In this document: positions 10,988 through 27,381 of the stretch, one piece after another | How the letters are laid out: every line of letters begins with the position of its first letter | Position numbering within the stretch: position 1 is the first letter of the stretch | Assembly (NCBI GenBank): GCA_030167865.1 | Contig: JALAGF010000837.1 | Coordinates: forward strand, 1-43,831 | Direction: 5' to 3' | DNA: 43,831 nucleotides | DNA from: Craspedostauros australis | Taxonomy: Eukaryota | The notes under the pieces: generated by a model | The model's input: only the letters and a program-made list of their open reading frames with translations | Database searches by the model: none | What the model was told of the DNA's origin: nothing | Position numbers and translations under genes: made by a program

Positions 10988-13900
10988 TCATTGGATGTCA
11001 AGATCGTGGAAGCGGTACTCCATTTTTTGTGTTGCCATCGTGGATCCGTTCGTGGTTGTTCTCGGGTTCATCTTGAAGTCCACGGGGAAGAGTGATGTCG
11101 CATCAACACGCTCCGCCTGGACAATGAAGTTGATGTTGATCTCTCCCGATAGAGAGGACAACCTCGAGTGGTTGTCATTGAACATGGTGCTTGATTCCGG
11201 CATTGGCGAACCGAGGGACGATGACGCGGTCAAGAATCGGTTCATTGGAACGGTTGGTACAACAGCTTGGACCCTGGTATCGCTTGTTGTGTATTGCACA
11301 GCCGCGTCGAAACAGGTGCTACCGTCACGGTCGGGACAGTAAGCACATGGCAGAGAACGGATCCGCCCGCCTTTGCTCATTTGAAACGCATCGAATGATA
11401 CTTCAACATCGAGCTTGCGCTTCGTTGGTTGGCTATCAGCCACGAACGGGACGCTGGTGCACTGGATCGATACGGCTGATGATGGCAAGGCGTGGTAATT
11501 GGTCATGGTTGTGTTCACCACGTGAACAATGGATGCCCCAGATGACGACGCGCTTGCGGCAGCCTCTCCGTCAACAGCGTCCACTTGCTTGATTTTCACT
11601 GCACTGATGAGTGCGTTGGGATTCCGCTGGCAGACCGAATCGAACCCGCTCTGGACCTGCCCAGTTGATGTCGCGATTTCAGACACAGACACAAGATCAC
11701 AGCGCTCCAGAGACACATCGCGAGACAGCTCAATCTCCACATGATGGTGGTTGTCAGAGAAGTACGAGAACTGCACTGCGATCGAATCATGGTAAAACAT
11801 CGACAATCCTGGCCCCGTATTGAGAAATGCACGGCATCCATGCAGTCGCAGCCGCCGTTGCTCAATGTCACCACCAGAGAAGTCGTCGGTATCATCACGG
11901 ATCTCCGAACCCTCAAAACGGAAACCGGCCTGCAATTCGAACAATCACGCAAACGAGCAAGTTAGCAAACGAGGGCAGCGACAGTGGCAACGATGAACAA
12001 ACGTGAGAAGGTGAGAGAAGGCAATGCTTCATCGATGTTGCCCAAGATTACGCAGCAGACACTTTTTGAAGTACGAGCGCGACAGCTTCAGCAAACTCAC
12101 CAGATTGTTGCTGTGTGCCACGCATCCATCGTAAACATGCCGTTTGGCAATGATGGCGCTGCCATCGATCTCCCCGCCCTCCAAGCTTTGCGATCCATTA
12201 CCGGTACCTGCGCCTCCGCTGCGATTCTCAAGCATAAATCCATACCCCGAAGATCCTGCTGCGACATTGCCAGTCCACGAATTGCTCCAATGAGTGCCGT
12301 GAAAGCTTGCAGGCACATCCTCCGAGTCGATGATGCCCTTGCTGACCGAAGGCGACTCATCTAAGCTTCGAGTCCGTGCGACAAGGTTCCCAGAAATGGC
12401 ATTGCCTGTTGTACTATCACCTCGCAAGTCGATGCAATGGCCTGGGGTGTCGTAGCCAATGTTTCCATCGACCGTGGTGCCAGCCGTTTCAACAAGAACG
12501 ACACAGCGTTGATACGATCCGCGGATGACGTTGCCTTTGATGAGAGATCCACTGACGTCGCCGCATCGGTCGAAAGTAAGTGGCTGAGAAGTTGGAAAAC
12601 ATGAATAGGGAATCGGTGGAGAGGTTTCACCAGACCAAAGAAAAGAAAAACGAAACAAAGCAATGGTCATGATCGACGTCGATTGGTGGATGGTAAAGAC
12701 CAAAGAAACTGGATGGATGAGCGTCGGTGGATGCGAAGAAAGGGAGACGTGGAGGTATCAAGTGCATGCTAGGATGGCAAAAGTGAAAGAGATCAGCCTT
12801 TCCACATACGTACACATATCCGTACGTAGTACGTATGGACATCTCAGACCAAGAGTCCACGAAGAGCAACATACGCGGCATACACTCATTGAGCTACTTA
12901 CATGCCTTCCAGCAAGTCCGGCCTGCCCAAATCGACGGAATTCAACTCCGGAGATTTGTTGATCCAACAAAGGAGTGCGGTAGATGGAGAGGTATCCCCC
13001 GATGGCTCCATTTTCACTACCGACGTTGCCAATCTCACTCGTCTCCATCTCACCTTCAAGGACAACATTCCGACTCAGCAGTGCCACTTCTATTCCGTGC
13101 TGAATCGAGTCAGTTGTTGTGGTTGGTCGAACGATGGGAGAATCCAAGTTGATCAACGTCAGCCCGCTTCTGATGCCCCGCTCGACGCTGTCGATGTGCC
13201 GCACCTGATCTCCATCCCACTTCGACGAGTGGGATGTGATGAGGATTTCCGAACCACTGTTCCAACCGACTTCCTCTACCCAGATGGAGGAGACAGGTCC
13301 GTCCATTCGTTCGTACGTGACGGAGATGTCGTCGATGTCGTACATCACTGTTGTTGCATCAACGGTTTCCAGAAAGATCCTAGTGAATTCCACGTCCTCA
13401 CCGGCCAGATCGTCTGACATGGCGAACGAGAAGTCACAGGAAACCCATTCGCGATTGCTTGGCGGACATGTGCCGATTCGCATCTTTGTATCTCGCCCCG
13501 GCCGATGGGATCGGATATAGACGCTCATTGCGACTGGATCAGGTTCTATGTCGTTTGGGTGGACTCGGAAGCGCATGCGGAATCGATAGACCGCATGCGG
13601 CACAATGCAGTCGGACAGGATAGTCCAAGCAAGGCCTGATATCGAGAGGTTGGAATCACCAAATCGTTCCACTCTCCAGAAATCTTCATCATCGTCGTCT
13701 CGGAACACAGAAATGGCGACGTTATCGTTTGCTGTGGTCTTTTCGAATGGCACCAGAGCCGGGTCGCTACTGCCCAGACTCCCGTCTCCATTGCATGCGA
13801 TTAAATCGTCGCATGATGTGCTGGCGCAGATCTGCTCCGGCGCTTGGAGCAAGGTGAAGTCGGACAGAACGATGTCAACTTCCGGGGCCACGCCTGCGAA

Positions 13901-16900
13901 TCGCAGAGCCGCGAAGACATTGTCCTCATCGATCTCTTCCCTGTCAAATCGGATGTCAGCGATAACGATGATTTGCGCGCCGTAGGTATTGTGCCACGAA
14001 GGAGATTCGACGAACTTTGTTCCGGAACCGTAGTGGCCATCGGCCGACTGATGGTCCAAAATTACCTTGAAGCAGCCGTCGCCGCGTCGGCTCGTAGCAC
14101 AATCCGTCATCTGACCTTCGTTCTGGTGCTTATTCAGGGTGAGGACGAAGGACATGCGATATGATGTACCAGCAGAGAGGCAAGATCGGATGTCCTTGAG
14201 GTCTATCTGCGGTCCGTGATAACTCGAGGAGCGATTCTCAACTGCGATTGCGAAGTCTTGGAACCGGTATTGCGCGCCAATCGAACCAAGGAAGGACGAT
14301 GTTGATGCGGAGTCCATTGTATCGCGGAGGAGTGGGGAGAATGGAGAGCACAACGAATCGCTTTGGCGGCCCAGATCTTCGGCAAGCATAGGCCTCGTTT
14401 GTTCATCATTCACGTCGACGAGCCGGACCCAAGGCTTGAAATTGGATGGAAGCCCGTTGATCCGGACTTGGCCACCAGCAACGACCATGCTCTTCTGGCC
14501 TGGATCGCACCTGTTGGAACCACATACGTGCTCGTTTCCCAAGCCCGGAAGGAATCTGGAGAGGCCGGGGCGCGACTTCGTGAAGACGATCTTGATGTTA
14601 GGGGCCGCGGTGATTTGCCGGGTTGCCTCTACGACGAGTTCGCCTTGGACGCGAACGTACGGGGTCCTGATCGTGATAATCATGCCGTCCGAGATCTGAA
14701 GTTTCCCCTGGACATCAAGCCCTTCGAGGAGTGTGAGAGCATCGCCGGGTACGTGGTCGAGGACGATACAGAGACCGCACGGAATGACCACTTCTTTGTC
14801 GAAAACCTTGACATTCCCAAAGAGCGCCGACCATGTCAGTTGGCAGGGTTCTTGGTCGAGAGCCTGGTTGCAACTGAGGGGCTGGAACAGTCCAACATCC
14901 ATTTCGCCATCTTCATCGTCGCTGTCATGGCCGTGATCAGCTGTCAATTGCAGCAGAATGTCCAGGTACAGATTCTCGTATCCATGATAGCTGTACCCGC
15001 CGGTCAAACTGTTCGGACGATTCGTCGTTTGGCCATAGAATGGCTCGATCCCCGTGTCGTCGTCGAAGTTGTTGAACGAATTCACAATCTATCGATCGTA
15101 GACGAGGAATGAAAATAGGAATATGTTTGCCATGCGATACGTGCATGATATGTAGAGTAGATGAGAGAGGTGAGGTTGAGAGCCTGGAGGGGCCAAGCCA
15201 CGAGAGGGAACGGGGAATCGGACCACTAAAAAACGTTCGTGACGAATCCACGCAATGTCCGCGAAGCATCCCTGACGATCAACAGCACCAGTGCACCAGG
15301 GATGCCGTTGGGTCAGCTGCGTACGAGCACATCAGTGTCATTTGGACTCACCATGAGATTGTCGACGTCAGAGTCCACAAGATATCGTGCCAGATCGACA
15401 GATCTTTGGAACAGGCTACCGCCGTCGCCGTTGAGCATATCACGGCGCAGAATGGGATGATCAGAGTTCGATCCAGCGTTGTAGCCAGGCGTCACTGATG
15501 GGATGAAGGCGCATTTGTGCCGCCAGGCCTTGTCTCGCCATTTCCGTTGGCTATTGTAGAAGTTGTAAACGTCATTGGATCGCACGCGACCGTCCTGGAG
15601 CACCGACCCTGAAATCAAATTGCCGTATGCATCACGTGAGAAAACGGCATCCAACTCCAGGAAGGGCATGTATATCTCCTCCTGCGGTGCACCGGTCCAA
15701 ACCTGATCACCTGCAATGAAGATGTTATGTCCCATGCTCTGGCCGACGTTCCGAATTATTGACACAACAGTTGAGAGTGAACCCCATCGGTGAAGCACCC
15801 TGCTGAGGGAAAGGAATAGTACTGGGCGACCATGGATTCGGTAGTAGTTTGGGTGATGGAAGTAGGCGTCGCAAATATATTCAATGTCGGGGGCGATGTT
15901 GATGTAGATGGATTCGTCCCATCTGCCTGCGTTGCTATTGCTACTTGGCGAAGTATTGCCGTCCTCCAACCTGTGATGCGTTTCATAGATGAGAGCAATC
16001 CTGTGCCGGCCAAGGTGCGGGTGCGACAGTACGTTGTTGCGGGCTGTGGTGTCAGAAATATGACCTGGTCCCATCCACGGCAATATCCATAACCCGATGT
16101 TGTACTGCCGACTCAGCTCCAGATGCTTGCTGATGACGTATCTGGGATTGTCGTATGCGTCGAGGAATGGCTCCTGCGGAGGATCGAGGCTTTTCCGAAG
16201 GTACGACGACTTGTCCGGACGAAGCCAGGGGTAGTATATCGTTCCTACCAGGACATTCGACGGAGGTGATCCTTCGAAGACCGTGTCCGCCTCAGCTCCG
16301 TCCGACACCTCCCCAGCTCCACTTTCATCGCTGGCGTTTTCCTGATACTCGTCTTCCACGTGATTGTCGTCTCCAGCGTGTCGATTACAACGCCTCCCGC
16401 ACGTTCCAACACGAAGAATGTCCAAATAGAGTTCGCCGTATCCACTGTACTCAACACCGTTGGTAATGTAGTCAGGTTCGACGGTGGGTTCACCGATGGT
16501 CGGCTCGATCTGGGTGTCTTCGTGCCACTCATTGAAAGAATTCACGAGCAGCAAGTTCATAGCTGCTGGGTCTGTCAGGTACCTGGCCTTTTGGATTTGC
16601 GCAGCAAAGAGACTCCCCGGTTCGGAGGTTACGGTGAGCCGACGGGAAAGGGCGATGTGGTTGGCTTCCAAACGGACACCGCGATCGTTGTATCCCGGGC
16701 TGACCGCGGGGATGTACCCAACGCCATCTTGTACAGCTCGGCTTGCCCACTCATGCTGTTGAGCGTAGTATGCATCGATGGTATCTTGTCCGGCGTAGGG
16801 CGGGTTGTTCATGTTCCCATAAAGATCATCTGCGATGGCAATCACGATGGAGTTCATAAGAGTATGGATACCAGATTCCCGGATACCAATGGAACAAGGA

Positions 16901-18000
16901 AGGAGACAAAGCCACGAGGGGATGGTTAGGGGCGCGGATGAAGGGGGAGATGCATACGGAGTATGCGGGGGCAGTGAGTGGCATAGCGAATAGGATCGAT
17001 GTGGAGAATTGGTACGTCACAGAACGCCAACGTGAACGTCGACGTCGACGCCAGCTGGAAGTGGATGATGTTGTTCGCGATCGTCAAAATGACACATGCC
17101 ACACATAACTGTGCAACACTCGTCGATCAATGTGCAACTTTATAGTCGCCTTCGACCTCCTCATGCCAGCTGTGCGATGGAACGTGCGTCAGGCGTGTAC
17201 TTACAATTGGTCACGGCATCCAAAACTCGGAACGGCGCGTAGTCTTCGTCATCTGCGGGTGGTCCGTTCCACACCTGATCGCCGATGATGTACATGTTGT
17301 GGTGGCAACTCTCTCGCATGATCTTCACGATTTCTTCCAGCTTTCCCACAGATGACATCACTCTCGTGAGGTACAACAAGAGGACTGGACGTTCATCGAT
17401 GCGGAGGTAGTTCGGGTGGTCGAAGTAGTGGCGGCACATGTGTTCGATATCTGGCTTGACGTTGTGCATGGAGTATCCCTCCCGTTTGCGGACGCGGCCG
17501 GTGGTCTCGTACAGCAGAGCGATCTTGTGGTCGCGCAAGTCTTCGTGGGGCAAAATGGCCCGGCGTGTCGTGACATCTTCGCGTGTGTTTGGTCCCCACC
17601 AGGACGTAAACCAGACGTTGATGTTCGCCTGGCGAGACCATTCCAGGTGCTTCGCCACTATCTCCGGGCGGCTGTCATCGTACTCGCCGAGAAAAGGACG
17701 GTGCTTCGGCTCGAGCAGCTCCCGCATATAGCCCCCGTCGCGATGGAAATCATTGCTGTACCATGGATAGTAGTAAGCGCCGACCATGATGCTGTTGGGG
17801 ATGGGCGAAAGCTTGCCATTGTCGGGAAACAACTCTTCGACAGATGCTGACGTTGGGGCCGTCTGCGTATGGCCACAGGCCGATGGGTTGAGCAGCAGCA
17901 GCAGCAGTACGATCGAAAGCAGCCGTAGGAACGGCGCCACCGACGCATGAAAGGCAGGTGATGGAGGTGACGCCGTGGTCGTCAGCTGGATCATCTTCAT
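10988..18000 (-). CDS. Large secreted multidomain glycan-active protein: signal peptide, GH99-like x2, G8, CBM-like x2, parallel beta-helix; 5 exons, ~1961 aa
   Basis: Exons 18000-17205, 16829-15352, 15088-12902, 12583-12101, 11929-10988 (5886 nt, no stops). All four introns are GT(A/G)AGT...YAG, and the joins rebuild VTN-Y-DLYG, DNLM-IVNSFN, GRH-PLTFDRCGD and HSNNL-AGFRF. GH99-like motifs YYPWY, SWWG, SPGYND, NSFNEWHEDTQIEP. G8/CEMIP-type motifs VVIPCG, GLDVQGKL, EVALLSRNV, GQAG..GR, GNVAAGS.GYGF, AHSN. Confidence 0.8.
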
Positions 18001-18228
18001 CGGCAATGTGTTGCGTCTGACCTCACCTGATGTTTGGTTGTAGCTGATTTACTTGTGCTTTTGCGCTTGCGTTGAGTCTGTCTACTTGTTTTGCATGAAC
18101 TTTTGGGCGGGGATGGAAGTACAAGTGGAAGTGAAACTGAAGCTGTGTTATGGAAGGAGGAAAAGGAAGAAACATGAAAGTGGAAATGAAAGCCAAAGCA
18201 GCCATATAGCTGCGTGTTTTTTGTTGGT

Positions 18229-18265
18229 GCTGTTGGTGCTGCTGCTGCTGCTGCTGCTCCTGCTG
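18229..18265. repeat. (CTG/CAG)n microsatellite upstream of the GH99-G8 gene
   Basis: Run of ctg triplets with variants, read directly. Confidence 0.8.
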
Positions 18266-19553
18266 TCCTTTCTCGAAATCACTGATGACCCAAACGGTGT
18301 GCAATGGACGCAGATGATCACAGCAGCACAGCGCGAGAAGAGGGTTTCCGTCGTCGTGCCAATGATCAGGAGCAAACAGACCATCGACGAAGCGATAGAC
18401 AGATCCAATGGTGCGAGCTCCGAAGAGTAAACAGTGATCGGCACTTGTTGGTGGATGGTGCGGCGTGTTTGAAGTCCGATGACTGGTTTCTCTCTTGGGA
18501 GAGCGTCTGTGTGGCGGAAGGGCCCGACCGATACTCAGGTCTATTCACCCGTTCGGTTTTCTTACTCTATGTGAGAGAGGATCGAGAAAGATCATGATGG
18601 CAGGTTCTGCTACAATGCAGCAGCCAATGAAGTATCACAGTGATGCTGAAAGGAAACAAAGATCCACCGAATGACGGCAATGGAGCACCACCTCGGCACT
18701 TCAGATCCAACAAAGTTGATCGTTGTCCCGTTTGTGTGTGTGTGCGTGTTTTGCCATCCGTCAACAAGCATGCCCATTACATGTGTCCAACACAAAAGGA
18801 ATGTGCTGCGTGACTCTGGGGGATGCACGGGATCCCTGTGCCATCCAACAATCGACCAACGCGTCTCTGCGCAGCAATGATGCGCCCAACAATGCTGTGC
18901 CGTGTCCACCAGGTGAAGTGTGCATCTCGATACGATACTCCGCTGGTGTCGTGTTGTGCTGGCGTTTGCTTGTTGGCCTCTTCATTCGTTGTTTGTTTCC
19001 CACATCGCTTTGTTCACTCATTCGGAAGACAATTTCTGTCGCCACGCTCGTGTTTGTTAAGAAATGATACGTCACGCGACGTGTGAAAGACGACTGACAA
19101 TGACAGTTGCGACAAACAAGCGACATGTGCAACGCGCGTGGTGGTCCGTCGTCATCATCACAAATTGCCCATCGACATCTTTGATTGCGTTCTCCTGGAA
19201 CACAAGTGCCCACAGGCGCCTGCTGGCGAAAGCGGACCCAGCGGAATAATAGTGCTTCATCTCAACGCGCCCAATCCCCAACACGGACTCGCTCGGAGCA
19301 GTTCCTTGCGAGTCAGATGACAGCGGCAGCCATTTGCATTGTCGGTACTGATCCCAGCTGCGCAAGAGCACTACCACGAGCACGAGCAGGCTGGTGCATT
19401 GCTCACAAGCAGAGCATGTCCCTGATCGCAGACGGGAGCGGGCGAAAAACGGAAGAGGACAAACGCATGGATAGGTATATTTTCGTTCTAGAGAAGTAGA
19501 CATGGTCTACCTACGTTATGTCTTGTGTCCGTCGCCCGAGGCACCGACACAGT

Positions 19554-23361
<3,808 letters not shown>

Positions 23362-24154
23362 CTTGAAAGTCCTTTTCCGTTCTTCCTTGGACTGGCGTGT
23401 TTGTTGTTCCTTCTTGCTGGCTGCTTGTTGGTTGTTGTTTGCTGCGAATTGTCTGTGTTCAGTAGCTGCGTAGGCTTTGAACTATGAATCAGTCTCTCGT
23501 GTTGTGATCAGCGATTGCGCTTTGCGATTTGTGTTCCTTTGTGTGGCCTGATCTGCTCTGTGTCTGCGATGATCAAGGATTGTGTGTCTTCGTGGTTGCT
23601 GTCGTTTTCGGTTGCCTTGACCTGCGTTGTTGTCGCGCAGCTGTGGTCTTGCGCTACCGAGGGGACACCTGTTCCGTGCTTCGTGTGTGTGTGTTGGTGT
23701 GTGGTGATTTCGGATCGAGTTTCGTCTTTTCTCGAACCGGACAGAAGGCCGCAGATCTTGTAGGAGGTACAGTCTTAGTTTTGATCCAAACCCGCATGTG
23801 ACCAATGAATCACGAATATATTCAGATTCAGTCTACGATGTTCTGAGTAGACAGAGAGAGAGTGTGTGTGGGAAGTAGCTTGCATGGAAGGACAAGTATT
23901 CTACTCTACTCTACTCTACTCTCTCTAAAGAGAGAGTTCTATTATTGGCGCTGCCGCCACACCATGCGCACGATGGAGTAATGGGTTGCTTTCGAACATG
24001 AAGCATGCCAACGTCCTCGTCAAGAGGAGAGAGCACCGCAGAGCAATCCACAAGCAGGACCACGAGTGTTGCATAGAGCAATTTGATTTGTACGACTAGT
24101 ATATTTCCGTCGGCGTATGGTTCGAGTATGGTACCGTCGAGTGCATCAGGTTTA

Positions 24155-26827
24155 TCACACCTTAGCGAGGCCATATGCAATCGCGCTGGCGCGGATTGGC
24201 GCTGCGTGCAGCATGAACGCGCTGGATGTGAGAAGATGCTTACAGTGGGTGTCAAGGGACCTCCATAGAGCGGAGAAGGATTCTTTGGCATCGTTTCGTC
24301 CCATAGTGGTGGAGAGGAATTGGATGTAGTTGCTGATCAGGCCAAACACGGCAATCACAACGGCCGCATCCTCATCAGTGGAACGCTGGCCGCCGAAGAG
24401 GGGGAGCCAGAACTTGGAGAGGTTCTGGAGAAGCCTTTGCAGGAAGGCGGATTGAAGTTTGGCGACGAACCACCGAGCATGGTCCGGCGCTGGCGAATTG
24501 CCTGCTGCGGACGTGCTATTCGCCTCCTTTTGAAGGGTGGGAATCGCCACGCTGTTGACAAAGGACTTCACAGAAGATCGGACATCGTCCATGAGCCTTG
24601 TGAATTCTGGAACTGGGTCCTTGCCTTCCTCCTTTTGAGCATCGAGAGTCTGCGCGTCTTCTTTGGGTTTTGGATCAGCAAGGCTGGAAGCGCACGCGTG
24701 GATCAAGCTCGACAGATGACGGCTTCGCTTTGTCGACAGCAGGTACCGATTGGCCGGCATGGCCATTGCCTTGATGAGAAATGGAACGATGCTCTTCTTC
24801 TGGATCAGAACAGTCACAGGATTCTCGTCTTGCTGCGTCACTGTCAAATTGTATACCTTCAGGTCAGCATCTAGAGTGGACAGAAGCGATGTGACATCGT
24901 TATGGGGGGATGAGTCATTCGAAGTGTCAGGGCCGTGCTTTGCTTCGTTGTTGTCGTCTTCGTCGTCTCCTTTGACGATGGCAGCAATGCAGGACGACCG
25001 AATCAGCTCGATTCTCACCACCACGCTGAGCAGCTCCGCCATGCTCATGTAGCCAAAGCTCTCCACGTACTCATCCTTGCTGTTGCTGACCCAGCGTTGG
25101 AAGATGGTCAAGATCTTTGTTTTGGACACGAACTCTTCTCTAACCTCGTCCAGGGCGAGTACAAGCGCATCCTGCAGCGCGCTGAACCTGTCGGCGACAT
25201 CTCCCAGGGTTTGCTTTTCCAGTAAGTCCATAATCTTGGTCGCATCCACCCCCACGTCCGCTTGCTCCCAGGATTGAATAGACTTGACGCGCGATTGGTG
25301 GCGCTGCTCCCTTTGGATGGACTGCTGCGATTGGACATCGCGACCAAATTCATCCACGGATGCTGGTGGTTCCTTTTTGAGCAGCATCGGGTCAACCTTC
25401 CGTCCCAAAATCTGACCGAGCGATCCCTGTTGGACCAGCGCCGCGACGACATCATCCTGCCATTGCTGGTAAAAATTGGCATCCTGCTCTGCTTCGAACA
25501 TTTGAAAGAGAGCGCCTTCGATTGGTTTCAGGCGATCCTCGACATCCCTCAACGCACCAATGCACATCGCCAGGTCCGATCGGAGATCTTGGTAAAATCG
25601 ATGCGTTTCGAAGTTGGATGCTTTGGATTGCTTGTGCTTGTCCCCGTCTGTCTTGGCTTGGACGAGCTCGGCCTCCCTGCGCAGGAATGACGACGAGAGC
25701 TCCTGTTCCTTGTGCTCGAGCATCTCCGTGGTGGACTGGATCTGCTGTCGCAGAGTGGACAAGGAGACGAGTTGCTGATCCATGCTGACTTGGGATACTG
25801 CCTTGGCATTCGCGCCCGATTTTCGAATTCCGGCTCTGGTTGCGATATTGGCCTCCCATTGCGAAGAATCAGCGTAGACCTTGCTCGCCCCATCGTTGTT
25901 TGAATCGGCGTTGTTGTTATTGCTGCCATTGCCAATGCCTGTGTTGCTGCGATTGGAGACGGCGGTCTCTTTGATGATGTCCTTGGTGCTTTCATTGGCA
26001 TCACGAGAAGACGCAAGATTTTCGCTGTCTACCACCATGATGCCATCGTGCTGAAGGGCCCGCGTCATTTCCTCTTCCTGGCTTCGTGGTTGTTGGGGCA
26101 ACGCTTTCGGTCGGACGCGCTGCTCTGACATCAACTCTTGCATCGCCTCCTTACTGTACGCACTTGCTGGCTTGTTGTTCATTTCCACGCCCTGATCGCT
26201 TCCGTCGGTCTTGGTGCGGTTGCTCTTGCTGGTGCCGCTCTCTTGGGATCCTCCGGTAGCAATACACCTCTTCGCCATGCCGCCACGTGGTCCTGGATCA
26301 TCGTGACCATCGTCATCATCGTCTTCGTCATGTGATTCCGCTGATGGCATTCCTCCGTATCCCATGCCCCGCTTTCTGCGCTTGGACTTTTTGTCTTTCT
26401 TGTCCTTCTTGTCCTTCTTCCGCTTCCTATCCTTCCGCTCACTTCGGTTTCTCTTCGCATCACCTTCCAATGCATCTGCATCTGCGTCTACATCCACATT
26501 CACATCCACGTCGTTGCTCGCATCCTCAAAGGATATGGCGACGACGTTTGCCTTTCTGGTGCTCCCGCCGGAGCTTGATGCACGTTTCTGCTTGATGATG
26601 TTGACCTTGGTTTTTATGGAGCGCTTCTTGCTGGAGTTGATGGAACTTTTGATAACTACTCTGTCTGCTTCTTCCACCTCCATGCCAGCTGAACCAGGGG
26701 CCTCTCTCTCACCGGCTATCTTCGATGTCGGTGTGTTCCCACCACCACCATCATCACTATCAGAATCATCCCGCGATGAGCGGATGTTCCGCTTGACGAT
26801 CTTGCGCTTCTTCGTGGATCGAAACAT
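24155..26827 (-). CDS. PAXBP1: GCFC-domain protein, PAXBP1/GCFC2/ILP1 (Ntr2-like spliceosome disassembly factor), ~890 aa
   Basis: First ATG at 26827. Basic/acidic N-terminus with NLS-like tracts. Motifs ISFED, YSKEAMQEL, WEA.I...G, FYQDLR, DEFGRD and the F..W......Y...F...S...L....VR.EL GCFC pattern. Confidence 0.75.
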   Translation of the reverse strand: MFRSTKKRKIVKRNIRSSRDDSDSDDGGGGNTPTSKIAGEREAPGSAGMEVEEADRVVIKSSINSSKKRSIKTKVNIIKQKRASSSGGSTRKANVVAISFEDASNDVDVNVDVDADADALEGDAKRNRSERKDRKRKKDKKDKKDKKSKRRKRGMGYGGMPSAESHDEDDDDDGHDDPGPRGGMAKRCIATGGSQESGTSKSNRTKTDGSDQGVEMNNKPASAYSKEAMQELMSEQRVRPKALPQQPRSQEEEMTRALQHDGIMVVDSENLASSRDANESTKDIIKETAVSNRSNTGIGNGSNNNNADSNNDGASKVYADSSQWEANIATRAGIRKSGANAKAVSQVSMDQQLVSLSTLRQQIQSTTEMLEHKEQELSSSFLRREAELVQAKTDGDKHKQSKASNFETHRFYQDLRSDLAMCIGALRDVEDRLKPIEGALFQMFEAEQDANFYQQWQDDVVAALVQQGSLGQILGRKVDPMLLKKEPPASVDEFGRDVQSQQSIQREQRHQSRVKSIQSWEQADVGVDATKIMDLLEKQTLGDVADRFSALQDALVLALDEVREEFVSKTKILTIFQRWVSNSKDEYVESFGYMSMAELLSVVVRIELIRSSCIAAIVKGDDEDDNNEAKHGPDTSNDSSPHNDVTSLLSTLDADLKVYNLTVTQQDENPVTVLIQKKSIVPFLIKAMAMPANRYLLSTKRSRHLSSLIHACASSLADPKPKEDAQTLDAQKEEGKDPVPEFTRLMDDVRSSVKSFVNSVAIPTLQKEANSTSAAGNSPAPDHARWFVAKLQSAFLQRLLQNLSKFWLPLFGGQRSTDEDAAVVIAVFGLISNYIQFLSTTMGRNDAKESFSALWRSLDTHCKHLLTSSAFMLHAAPIRASAIAYGLAKV

Positions 26828-27381
26828 GACAGTTTCAGCCAACTCTGCAAGTATTGTACAATGTGATACTTCTGCAAGCGTCTGGAATGAACTGGAATGT
26901 TGTCTCTCTCTCTCTCTATCTATCTAGAGAGAGACGGTAATCTCTCGTCGTACTTGTATGAGACGCACGGGTATGGCACGAACTATGCTTGCTCCGCTGG
27001 AGCTTCATGGTGGTTGTGTGGTTGTGGGCATTTCTGACACGAAGAAACGTTGTTGGTGCCAAACGCAGTGTTTCATCTTTTCGTTCGGCTTTTCGCTTGT
27101 TTGGTTGGTGCGGAACGAAGAGACTTTCTTAGCTCCATTTGTTTGGTTGTGTGATGATCGGGACAGGATCCGAAACACGAATAGAAAAGAGACACAACAA
27201 CACAAAATTCATGTGCGTACACTGCCGCTTGTCCCCGTTTCCTGGAACAAACTGCGTGAACCGCAAAATTGCGAGCCGAATCAAAGCAACACGCAGCGAG
27301 CACTCTCCTCCACCCCACTCTAATCATACTCATGGTCATGCTCATGCCCCCAAACCATTGCTCTGAACTATTGCATCATAA

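Noticed and set aside
18053-18430. 125-aa ORF with a poly-Leu pseudo-TM segment
   Set aside because: Arises from the (CTG)n microsatellite and has a non-ATG start.
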